A stretch of DNA of 64,000 nt from Obrimoposthia wandeli (Eukaryota), in assembly GCA_977020255.1 (NCBI GenBank), contig CDROCS010000546.1, forward strand, positions 1 to 64,000. Direction: 5' to 3'. The position numbers and the translations under genes are program-made. The notes beneath the pieces are model-generated. The model was given only the letters and a program-made list of their open reading frames with translations, was not told where the DNA came from and did not search any database. Shown here piece after piece: positions 8,790 to 17,634 of the stretch (the stretch's first letter is position 1; each line of letters begins with the position of its first letter).

Positions 8790-9794
8790 ATGGAATTTGG
8801 TATTACATTTAAAGGGTTTGTCGAGCCACAAAGAGCACGTAATTTAGTGAGACAAGCGGAAGAAGCTGGCTTTACCCACTGCTGGTTTTACGATTCGCAT
8901 GTATTGTGGCGCGAGTGCTACCCCGCCATTGCAATGTGCATGGAGCACACCACTAAAATGAAGTTCGGCCCCTGTGTAACTAACCCTAATTCACGCGATT
9001 GGTCAGTGGCTGCCAGCTTATTTGGCAGCTTGGCTAAGCAGAGTAACGGTCGCTTTGTCGTCGGTCTTGGCCGCGGTGACAGCGCAATGCGTGTCATGGG
9101 TAAAAAACCAGCCAACTTGGCACGTGTTGCTGAATTCACTCAAAAAGTTAAAGCGATGGTGCGCGGTGAAGAAGTGCAATACGGTGAGAGCCCAGAGCCG
9201 GTAAAATTCCCTTGGGCAGATGGCTATGAACTACCTATACACATTGGCGCCTACGGTCCTAAAGCCCTAAAAACAGCGGGCGAAGTAGGTGACGGTGTTA
9301 TTTTGCAAATTGCCGACCCTTCACTGGTTAAATGGTTTGCCGAGCAGGCAATCAGTGCCGGTAAAGAAGCGGGGCGTGATATGTCGAACTTCCAAGTTAT
9401 CGCCTCTGCTCCCGCATACATGGGTGACATGGATAAATGCCGTGAAGCGACACGTTGGTTCCCTGCGATGGTCGGTAACCACGTGGCTGATATCGTCGAA
9501 AAATACGGTGCCCACTCAGGTTTAGTGCCAGAAAGTTTGACCAATTATATCGAGCAGCGTAAAGGCTATGATTATTCAAAACACGGTCAGAGCGACAATC
9601 CATACTTGGATTTCATCACCAATGACATCATCGACAGCTTCAGCGTATTAGGTGAGCCAGATGCCCACATCAAGAAGATACAAGAGTTAGAAGCCGTTGG
9701 TACTACCCAGTTCAATATCTATCTGGATAGCGGTGATGAAGAGCAAATTATTGCCGATTATGCCAACAAGATCATTCCAGCTTTTCGCAAGTAA
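8790..9794 (+). CDS. Luciferase-like (LLM), probably F420-dependent oxidoreductase resembling the CPS_4043 (TIGR03842) family
   Basis: Mer-like TIM barrel: AEEAGF..CWFYDSH, GPCVTNP..R, GRF.VGLGRGDS, GAYGPKAL..AGEVGDG. Family name is recalled and not HMM-checked. Confidence 0.8.
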   Translation: MEFGITFKGFVEPQRARNLVRQAEEAGFTHCWFYDSHVLWRECYPAIAMCMEHTTKMKFGPCVTNPNSRDWSVAASLFGSLAKQSNGRFVVGLGRGDSAMRVMGKKPANLARVAEFTQKVKAMVRGEEVQYGESPEPVKFPWADGYELPIHIGAYGPKALKTAGEVGDGVILQIADPSLVKWFAEQAISAGKEAGRDMSNFQVIASAPAYMGDMDKCREATRWFPAMVGNHVADIVEKYGAHSGLVPESLTNYIEQRKGYDYSKHGQSDNPYLDFITNDIIDSFSVLGEPDAHIKKIQELEAVGTTQFNIYLDSGDEEQIIADYANKIIPAFRK

Positions 9795-9803
9795 TTGAAA
9801 GAA

Positions 9804-9825
9804 ATGCGCGGTACCTACCGCGCAT
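9804..9825 (+). other. Intercistronic hairpin without U-tract
   Basis: atgcgcggta-cc-taccgcgcat, a perfect inverted repeat between the LLM gene and the hydrolase. Confidence 0.6.
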
Positions 9826-9840
9826 CACAGGACAAATCCG

Positions 9841-11073
9841 ATGAAAGACATAAAAGTTAACGGCCAGCGTCTCTGGGATAGCTTGATGGAAATGGCTAAG
9901 ATTGGCGCCACTGAAAAAGGCGGCGTCTGCCGTTTAGCCCTCACCGATTTAGACCGAGAAGGTCGCGACCTTTTCGTCGCTTGGTGTAAAGAGGCTGGCT
10001 GCACAATCAAAATTGATAAAATGGGTAACATCTTTGCCCGCCGTGCCGGTAAAAATAACGACCTACCACCCGTTGTAATGGGCAGTCATTTAGACACTCA
10101 GCCCACGGGTGGTAAGTTCGATGGAATTTACGGTGTGCTGGCAGGGCTTGAAGTTATTCGCACCCTCAACGATAACAACATTGAGACCGCCGCTCCGATA
10201 GAAGCGTCTGTGTGGACCAATGAAGAGGGATCACGTTTTCCGCCTGCCATGGTTGCCTCTGGTGTGTTTGCCGGTGTCTTCGATCTAGAATACGGTTTGA
10301 GCCGCGCTGATCTCGATGGAAAAACCATGGGAGAAGAATTAGAGCGTATCGGCTACGCGGGCGCTGAAGAAATGGGCAACCGCACGATCAAAGCGTTCTT
10401 TGAGGCTCATATCGAACAGGGCCCTATTTTAGAGGACGAGAACATCACTATTGGTGTTGTCACCGATGCGCAAGGACAGCGCTGGTATGAAGTGCGCTTA
10501 ACCGGACAGGAAGCACACGCCGGACCCACTCCGATGTCGCGCCGCAAAGATGCGCTAGTCGGTGCCGCGCGTATTATTGATGAGGTAAACAGAATCGGCC
10601 TCGCCAATGCACCACTGGCTTGCTCAACGGTTGGTTTAATGCAGATACATCCCAATTCACGTAATGTCATTCCCGGCGAAGTTTTTTTCACCGTGGACTT
10701 TCGCCATCCAGATGATGCTGTGCTCTCTAAGATGGATAGCGCGTTACGCGAATTTGTCGCTAAAAGCAGTAAGGAGCTAGGGTTAGAACTAGATTTTCAA
10801 GAAATTTGGTACTCACCTCCTGTACCTTTTAATAAATCTTGTGTCGACTCAGTGCGCGAAGCGGCAAAAAAGGCTGGTTATAGCCACCGTGATATTGTCA
10901 GTGGCGCCGGTCATGACGCCTGCTATATCTCACGTGTTGCGCCTACTGCTATGGTATTTGTTCCCTGTGAAGGCGGCATCAGCCATAACGAAATCGAAAA
11001 CGCTGAGCCAGAGCATCTAGAAGCTGGCTGTAACGTATTGATTCAGGCAGTATTGCTACAAGCAAACGATTAA
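9841..11073 (+). CDS. M20-family Zn-dependent hydrolase, beta-ureidopropionase / N-carbamoyl-L-amino acid amidohydrolase (PydC-like)
   Basis: RLWDSLMEMAKIGAT, GSHLDTQPTGGKFDG, WTNEEGSRF, EAHIEQGP, HAGPTPM, SGAGHDA and GGISHN motifs. Confidence 0.88.
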   Translation: MKDIKVNGQRLWDSLMEMAKIGATEKGGVCRLALTDLDREGRDLFVAWCKEAGCTIKIDKMGNIFARRAGKNNDLPPVVMGSHLDTQPTGGKFDGIYGVLAGLEVIRTLNDNNIETAAPIEASVWTNEEGSRFPPAMVASGVFAGVFDLEYGLSRADLDGKTMGEELERIGYAGAEEMGNRTIKAFFEAHIEQGPILEDENITIGVVTDAQGQRWYEVRLTGQEAHAGPTPMSRRKDALVGAARIIDEVNRIGLANAPLACSTVGLMQIHPNSRNVIPGEVFFTVDFRHPDDAVLSKMDSALREFVAKSSKELGLELDFQEIWYSPPVPFNKSCVDSVREAAKKAGYSHRDIVSGAGHDACYISRVAPTAMVFVPCEGGISHNEIENAEPEHLEAGCNVLIQAVLLQAND

Positions 11074-11270
11074 TCACGACGCTGGCGTACTCTCGCCAGC
11101 GACTTTTCCACCTGCCACCGGCCCTCGTCAAAAACCGCTTCTGATTACCTCCCCACTGACCATCTAAACAAGCGTTTTACTAAAAAGATCAATATGTACC
11201 TTAGGACACTACCTTTAAACTGAACGCTATATTAACATTGCCTGAATATAAAATTACTGAGGACACGGCG

Positions 11271-12924
11271 ATGGGTAACCCTTACTTGCGCGAAGCTAAC
11301 AATTTAAAGGCCGCATTTGTAGCCAGTAGCCAAAATATCTCTGAAACTCAGGTTGTTGATGCGAGAGGTTTAAGCTTTAAGCAGATGATCACTGAATTTA
11401 CCGAGATCAACTTTCCCAGTGGTAGAAATTTAAAGCAAAAAATAAATTGGGCTCGGGCTAATTTTTCAGATCAAATAAGCGCTGAAGATTACGGTCAAGT
11501 TCCAAAGAATAAAAACCGTGCCTGGAAAAAATGGAAGAAATTGATATCTGCCGCTATTCTCGAGGATGTCGCTGCTAATCAACTCCCTCTGGAAGAAGTT
11601 AATCCTGTCGTAAGACCAGAAGTAGTCGAACCAGAGATGGAAGCTGTCAGCACTAGCGAAATTAAAGCTAAACCTGAGCCTGAAATTACGGTTAACCCCG
11701 CGCCTCCTGCCGAAGTAATCGACGCTGTCAGCACTGGCGAAATTAAAGCTAAACCTGAGCCTGAAATTACGGTTAATCCCGCGCCTCCTGCCGAAGTAAT
11801 CGATGCTGTCAGCACTGGCGAAATTAAAATTAAACCTGAGCCTGAAATTACGGTTAACCCCGCGCCTCCAGCCGAAGTACTTGGTGCTGTTAGTACTAGC
11901 GAAATTAAAGCTAAACCTGAGCCTGAAATCACGGTTAACCCCGCGCCTCCTGCCGAAGTAATTGATGCTGTCAGCACTGGCGAAATTAAAGCTAAACCTA
12001 AGCCCGAAATTACGGTTAATCCCGCGCCTCCAGCTGAAGTACTTGGTGCTGTTAGTACTAGCGAAATTAAAGCTAAACCTGAGCCTGAGCCTGAAATTAC
12101 GGTTAATCCCGCGCCTCCAGCTGAAGCACCCATAATGATGCTTAAAAAGCAAACCCTGAGCCTGACATTACGGTTAATCAAGTAATTGATGCTGTCAGCA
12201 CTGGCGAAATCAAAGCTAAACCTGAGCCAGAAATTACGGTTAATCCCGCGCCTCCTGCCGAAGTAATTGATGCTGTCAGCACTGGCGAAATCAAAGCTAA
12301 ACCTGAGCCAGAAATTACGGTTAATCCCGCGCCTCCTGCCGAAGTAATTGACGCTGTCAGCACTGCTAAAGCTAAACCTGACGAAATCACGGTTAATCCT
12401 ATGCCTCCTGCCGAGAATTTGACGCTGTCAGCACTGGCGAGATCAAGCCTAAACCTGAACCCGAAATCACGGTTAACCCCGCACCTCCAACCGAAGGACT
12501 TGATGCTGTCAGTACTGGAGAAATTAAACCTGACCTTGGCGTTACGGTTAATCCAGCTCCCCCTATTATTCAACCCGAATTGGCCACCATGACTTCGCTT
12601 CTTATGCCTGAACATGACGTCATGATCATCACTAACCCAATGCCATTATTCGAAGATAATAGTTTTATAGGGATCAGCGACATCAAATCTGAGACTGAAG
12701 TGTCTGCTAGCCCTATTCTGATAAGTCCAATGTTAGATATACATTTAGATGACATGCTAGATATGTCCATTGATGATATATCCGCAGCACTGGCTAGTTT
12801 GAGTGCACCATTGGCCAGTGCTGCGCACTCAGAACCGCTGGAGCAACCTATGGCTCACTTTGATCAGGGAATCCTTTCTGCAAACGCTGACTTAGTAAGA
12901 GACGATTTAGTGGTAGATGCGTAA
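11271..12924 (+). CDS. Hypothetical protein with Pro/Glu-rich 27-aa tandem repeats, interrupted by two frame changes inside the repeat
   Basis: RBS gagga before ATG 11271. The repeat is read in one frame to about 12125, a second from about 12182 and a third from 12421, which runs into the acidic tail ending at 12924. Confidence 0.6.
11643..12563 (+). repeat. 81-bp coding tandem repeat (AVSTGEIKAKPEPEITVNPAPPAEVID), about 12 units
   Basis: Unit starts at 11643, 11724, 11805, 11886, 11967, 12048, a degenerate unit near 12135, then 12191, 12272, 12353, 12424 and 12505. Confidence 0.95.
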
Positions 12925-12943
12925 AAGTCACCTATACTAAATA

Positions 12944-12980
12944 GCAGGCACAGCCAAGTCACCTATAAGGCTGTGTCTGC
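12944..12980 (+). terminator. Hairpin between the repeat gene and the ferritin-like gene
   Basis: gcaggcacagcc pairs with ggctgtgtctgc (12 bp, one G-U). Confidence 0.5.
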
Positions 12981-13014
12981 CATTTACGCTCTCCTTAGCT
13001 AAGCGATACTCTTT

Positions 13015-13677
13015 ATGAATAGAATCCAACAATATTGGTATAATCAGGCAATTGCTGAATACACTTCCTCAGCACGTACCGTAGAATTAACGCATTGGAT
13101 GCAACAACTATCTATCAGCCCGGATTTGGTTCGCGATGCAATCCGTATTTGTGACGATGAGATGGTTCATGCCCAAATGTGCTACGACATTGCTCTCAAA
13201 GTAGGCTGTAATCAAAGTTTACCACTGGACACTATGCAGCTGACTCTCACTAAAGAATATCAACCTCTAACTAAGTCGATGCTCTTAATCATCGTGCAGT
13301 CCTATTGCTTTGGCGAAACCGTCGCTGTACCACTCTTCTCGGCGATGCGTAAGTCATCCTCGGAACCCGATGTCCTCAAAGTGTTTGATCGTGTGTTGGA
13401 AGATGAGCCACGCCACGCCAAATTTGGCTGGTTAACCCTCGCTTGGTGCTATGAAAATATTCGTGAGATTAAAGAATGGCTACCGGAAATAGTGCCGGTG
13501 GCGTTATCGCGTATACGCCAAGCCTATGCAAATCATCCACCATTTAATCCCGTGTTAACGCCTGAAGAACTAGCCTGGGGTTTATTCCCCCGCGAGCGCT
13601 ACGGTGAAATTCTCGATAAAACCATCGCCACTACCTACACTCAGCGTCTAGCTCACTACAATATTAAGCTCTCCTAA
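13015..13677 (+). CDS. Ferritin-like diiron four-helix-bundle protein
   Basis: Ligand pattern E (IAEY), DEMVH, E (GETVA), DEPRH, i.e. E..ExxH..E..ExxH. Confidence 0.75.
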   Translation: MNRIQQYWYNQAIAEYTSSARTVELTHWMQQLSISPDLVRDAIRICDDEMVHAQMCYDIALKVGCNQSLPLDTMQLTLTKEYQPLTKSMLLIIVQSYCFGETVAVPLFSAMRKSSSEPDVLKVFDRVLEDEPRHAKFGWLTLAWCYENIREIKEWLPEIVPVALSRIRQAYANHPPFNPVLTPEELAWGLFPRERYGEILDKTIATTYTQRLAHYNIKLS

Positions 13678-13848
13678 ATCTTACCTGCGATTAGCATTCG
13701 TTATTTCGGGTAAAGGATTTTCTGCGCAAACAGTTTTGCATCTTTAAGATGCGCCAAAACAACAGAACGGGAATAAAGTAAAACTCTGCTTCTCTGTTGT
13801 TCTCTCTTAGCTTTATACTTCGTGCTCAATAGGGATAGGTGTAAGCTC

Positions 13849-14298
13849 ATGAATGAGAATAAAAACAACGTTAAAACAATATTACAGTGGGCCGCGGGGA
13901 TCGTCGTTCTGCTAGTTATTTATATCACTAGTACGACTATGTCATGGGCGCCTGATACGAAAACCCATCGCAGTTCAAACTATAATGGAATCGACTACAC
14001 CATCCGCATTTATTACTTTCCCGCTCGCAAGGAAGCCGCTATTGCGATGGCAGAATATTTTAGCCGTGACAAATATCGTATAGAAACAATACCGGCCTTA
14101 GAAGTCCCTAGCCTGCAAGATAAACGCTACGGTACCAGTTACCTGTATTTTAATAATGCAGATATTACTCAAGCACTACAGATAAAAAAACACTTGGAAC
14201 AGATCGTCGGCTTTCCCATTAACGGTTACCGTCGCAATGAGCCCGTGGTTGACCCTTCGATGATGTTTGTACTGACCGATAAAAGAGTCGACTCTTAA
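13849..14298 (+). CDS. Hypothetical membrane-anchored protein, paralog A
   Basis: One N-terminal hydrophobic helix. Clearly homologous to 15093-15569. Confidence 0.65.
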   Translation: MNENKNNVKTILQWAAGIVVLLVIYITSTTMSWAPDTKTHRSSNYNGIDYTIRIYYFPARKEAAIAMAEYFSRDKYRIETIPALEVPSLQDKRYGTSYLYFNNADITQALQIKKHLEQIVGFPINGYRRNEPVVDPSMMFVLTDKRVDS

Positions 14299-15092
14299 AT
14301 ACCTTTGGCTAACAAAGGCGCATTATCGACGTCCTCTGCAAAATTAACCTCATGGCTCCGTCACGTGTGCATTTTATGTGTGCCGTACTTAAAGCCTGAA
14401 AATTGATCTACTCAATAATATGACTAAGCATATCGTGTGACCGTTTCAACTTATCTAGTAGCTTGCTTTCATTAGTTGGCCATCTACAACACTTTTTGAA
14501 TTTCACCGCAAACCCATTGTTTGGACTAGACGATATGACATCCCCGCCTACCCTGTCCTGCAAATACACGAAAGCCCAGTTATTTATCAATTTCAGAAAA
14601 TAGCGTTTTAGCTTTACTCAGGTATTCACAATTGAAAGACCTATAACGCATCTCTTTTGACTAATTCACTTCTTTACTGGCGCATAAAGCCACTAACCTA
14701 GTATATATTTTACCTATAGCTATTTGTTTTCCTCAATATTTCTTGTTATCAACGTCAAAAATATAAAAGTAACCGATGACTACAGTCCCTTTATTACTTA
14801 ACGCCAGTTAATTAACAGATAAAAACGTAGCAATTAATCAATAGAAATCAAACGAGTGCCTCACATATGTTTTTTAAATAACGACTAATCACTCCATTCG
14901 ACAGGTTTAACAATGCAAGTTATTTGCGACAAATGCTGCTGATTAGTGCTCGTATACGACATTATTAACACCATATTGACATTAAATTCAAACTAACTAT
15001 GAGCCGAATATAAACAAAACATTAACCTGATATGACTCCTACTTTATTGATATAAAAGAATTTAGCATTCCCCTTTAAAACAAAATAAAAAT

Positions 15093-15569
15093 ATGCCTAT
15101 ACTAGGTAAAATTCCTAGGTCAACAAAAATGAACAGTACCCAAACAAAATTATTTTTACGCTGCCTTTTTGTCATCGTCGTCATATTATTGACCTATTTA
15201 ATTACTGTGCGCGTAACTGTCGATAAACCAACCACACCCAGTGAAGGTTTTGGTTTAAATAACCCTGAGTACTCAATCAAGGTTTATTACTTTCCCTCTA
15301 AGAAAAACGTCGCGATGGCATTGGCTGAATATTTTAGCCACGAAAAATATCGCATAACAATTGCATCAGCACTCTCTGAAAAAGAGCTCTTTGCTAAGCG
15401 CTATAGCCCTTACTACTTATTTTTTAACAACCAAGATACCGCGCAAGCGATGTCGATTAAAACTAAGCTAGAGCAAGTCATTGGTTATCCTATTAATGGT
15501 TACCGTCGTAGCAATGCGCTGTCATCACCCTCGATGATACTGGTGTTAACAGATAAGACGATGTCTTAA
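15093..15569 (+). CDS. Hypothetical membrane-anchored protein, paralog B (start may be 15129)
   Basis: Shares Y.I..YYFP.K..A.A.AEYFS..KYRI, PINGYRR and PSM..VLTDK with 13849-14298. Confidence 0.65.
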   Translation: MPILGKIPRSTKMNSTQTKLFLRCLFVIVVILLTYLITVRVTVDKPTTPSEGFGLNNPEYSIKVYYFPSKKNVAMALAEYFSHEKYRITIASALSEKELFAKRYSPYYLFFNNQDTAQAMSIKTKLEQVIGYPINGYRRSNALSSPSMILVLTDKTMS

Positions 15570-15605
15570 TAAGGTAGCTCCAAACACTTGCTTGTTCTTT
15601 CAAGG

Positions 15606-16721
15606 TTAATTTAGTTCGATCCAACACTGATTGTCGTTGGATCGCCAAGCGGCATCGATAATTTCACTGACCGCTAAACCATCGCTAAACTGTGGCCATT
15701 TTGTATGACCGCTGTCGATAGCCGCTAAAAAATCTCTAGCTTCCAAAATTAACTGATCCTGATAACCCGTGCCATGCCCCGGTCCCTCACAAAACAGCCC
15801 GTAATCGGGATGGTCAGTACCCGTTAGTATTTTGCGAAACCCTCGCTGTGCCTCCGGACCTTCATTCAAATAAAGCCACAATGCATTTTGATCCTCTTGA
15901 TCAAAGCGCAAGGCACCTTTAGTACCACTGACTTCGTAGGCAAAACCCATCTTGCGTCCAGTGGCAATACGGCTAAAGGATAAATGCCCGCTAAAACCTT
16001 TGGCAAACGTGCAGATAAACTGTCCTTGGTCATCGTTCGTCACTTCTTGCTGACCCTTTTTAGGCGGCCGTAATGAGTGCACCGTTTCTATCTGAGCGCA
16101 CAGTTTACTTATAGGTCCCATCAAAAACAGCGCCGCGTTAATCATATGAGGCGCTAAGTCCCCCATCGTACCGTTTGCCCTATCACAGGTGCGCCAGCTG
16201 GCCATCTGCTGTGGGTCGGCATAAAAATCTTCGCTGTGTTCACCGCGAAAATAGGTGATATCACCCAACACACCTGAATCAATCAGCTGTTTGGCATATT
16301 GAGTCGCTGGGGTGCGTATATAGTTAAAACCAAGCATATTGACGGTATTATTCTGTGCCGCCAAAGAGACCATCTCACGAGCATCCTCTAGTGAGCCGCC
16401 CAATGGCTTTTCACACAGTACGGGTTTGCCAAGTTTGGCAGCTAGACGGTAGATTTCGCAATGTGTTTGCTGTGGACTGGCGATCACTATCGCCTCAACT
16501 TTAGGGTCTTCTACCAATGTTTGCCAATTCGCTGTCGATCGTTTGAAGCCGAGTTCTGCTGCTTTGATAGCAGCACCTTCAGTCGTCGTGGTGCAGATCA
16601 TTTCACACACTGGTCGTAAATATGTATTACACAGTGCACCGACTGCCTGCAGCGCAACCGCATGGCGTTTTCCCATATAACCCGCGCCGATTACTCCAAT
16701 ACCTATCGCCTTAGTTGTCAT
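15606..16721 (-). CDS. Gfo/Idh/MocA oxidoreductase (inositol dehydrogenase-like)
   Basis: IGVIGAGYMG and VLCEKPL motifs. Lies in the iol cluster. Confidence 0.85.
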   Translation of the reverse strand: MTTKAIGIGVIGAGYMGKRHAVALQAVGALCNTYLRPVCEMICTTTTEGAAIKAAELGFKRSTANWQTLVEDPKVEAIVIASPQQTHCEIYRLAAKLGKPVLCEKPLGGSLEDAREMVSLAAQNNTVNMLGFNYIRTPATQYAKQLIDSGVLGDITYFRGEHSEDFYADPQQMASWRTCDRANGTMGDLAPHMINAALFLMGPISKLCAQIETVHSLRPPKKGQQEVTNDDQGQFICTFAKGFSGHLSFSRIATGRKMGFAYEVSGTKGALRFDQEDQNALWLYLNEGPEAQRGFRKILTGTDHPDYGLFCEGPGHGTGYQDQLILEARDFLAAIDSGHTKWPQFSDGLAVSEIIDAAWRSNDNQCWIELN

Positions 16722-17554
16722 TTATCTTCACCTAAGATTGTTAAAATACGCAGCGCTTCCTCTTCAATATATGGCATCAGCTTTTGCATAAAATATTGGC
16801 GATCGTACTGCTCGGGCTCTTCGTTCATTAGACGCCGCAGGTTAGTGCCAATCACTTGACGAAGAGAGGTGCCTACATTGAATTTTGCCACTGCACTGCG
16901 TTTAAGTGTCAGTAAATCCGCATCTCGAATTCCCGACGTCCCATGGATTACCAGTGGGACGTCTACTAACTGTTCAATACGTTGTAATCGATCGAAATCA
17001 ATTGTGCTACTCGGTGTCGATAAACGATGGATATTACCGACCGCCACTGCCACACAATCTATACCACTTTCACTGGCATAACGCGCCGCTTCTTCTGGTT
17101 CACTAAAGACAGATTTAATGTGATCGCGACCCTCTTCATAGGGCACTGAGCCAATTTCACCTTCGACGCTGATATTCAGCGCATGTGCAACTTGCACAAC
17201 CTGTTGAGTACGGCGAATATTTTCATTGAGAGATAGCTGCGAGCCATCGAACATCACCGAGCTATACCCTGCATCCATTGCCTGATAAACCACGGCCTCA
17301 TCGTAGCAATGGTCCAAATGCAAACACACAGGTGCACTACTTCGAGCGATCATCGGCAGTAACATACCCGCGAGTGTTTTCACTCCCAATTGCTCTACCA
17401 TATCCTTATTGGTTGCCAATATCACCGGACACTGTCGTTTTTGTGCCGCGTTAATAATCGCCTGTGCATCTTCAAAACCGAAAACATTACAGCAGGCAAT
17501 TGCGCCTTTACTGGCACTGGCTTGGGGAAGTATTTGATTGAGGTTAACTAACAT
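16718..17554 (-). CDS. iolJ: Class II aldolase, IolJ-like (6-phospho-5-dehydro-2-deoxy-gluconate aldolase)
   Basis: LHLDH, SSVMFDGS, VEGEIG, AVGNIH, LVIHGTSG and KFNVGT motifs. The iol context supports the symbol. Confidence 0.75.
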   Translation of the reverse strand: MLVNLNQILPQASASKGAIACCNVFGFEDAQAIINAAQKRQCPVILATNKDMVEQLGVKTLAGMLLPMIARSSAPVCLHLDHCYDEAVVYQAMDAGYSSVMFDGSQLSLNENIRRTQQVVQVAHALNISVEGEIGSVPYEEGRDHIKSVFSEPEEAARYASESGIDCVAVAVGNIHRLSTPSSTIDFDRLQRIEQLVDVPLVIHGTSGIRDADLLTLKRSAVAKFNVGTSLRQVIGTNLRRLMNEEPEQYDRQYFMQKLMPYIEEEALRILTILGEDK

Positions 17555-17634
17555 GCGTATCCTCTTTGTTACAGCACAATTCGGTGCTGCTCATCATTAT
17601 TGAGAGCTCATCGCCACGTCTAAGTAACTATGCG

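Noticed and set aside
11643-12563. Repeat array as a possible CRISPR
   Set aside because: Units are contiguous 81-bp in-frame coding repeats with no unique spacers, and there are no cas genes.
11466-12615. Long antisense ORFs (228, 200 and 145 aa) over the 81-bp repeat
   Set aside because: They are shadows of a stop-free repeat unit. The plus-strand frame has an RBS and unique N- and C-terminal parts.
14408-14590. 60-aa minus-strand ORF between the paralog pair
   Set aside because: No recognisable motif or clear RBS. It could be a chance ORF or an unrecognisable relic.
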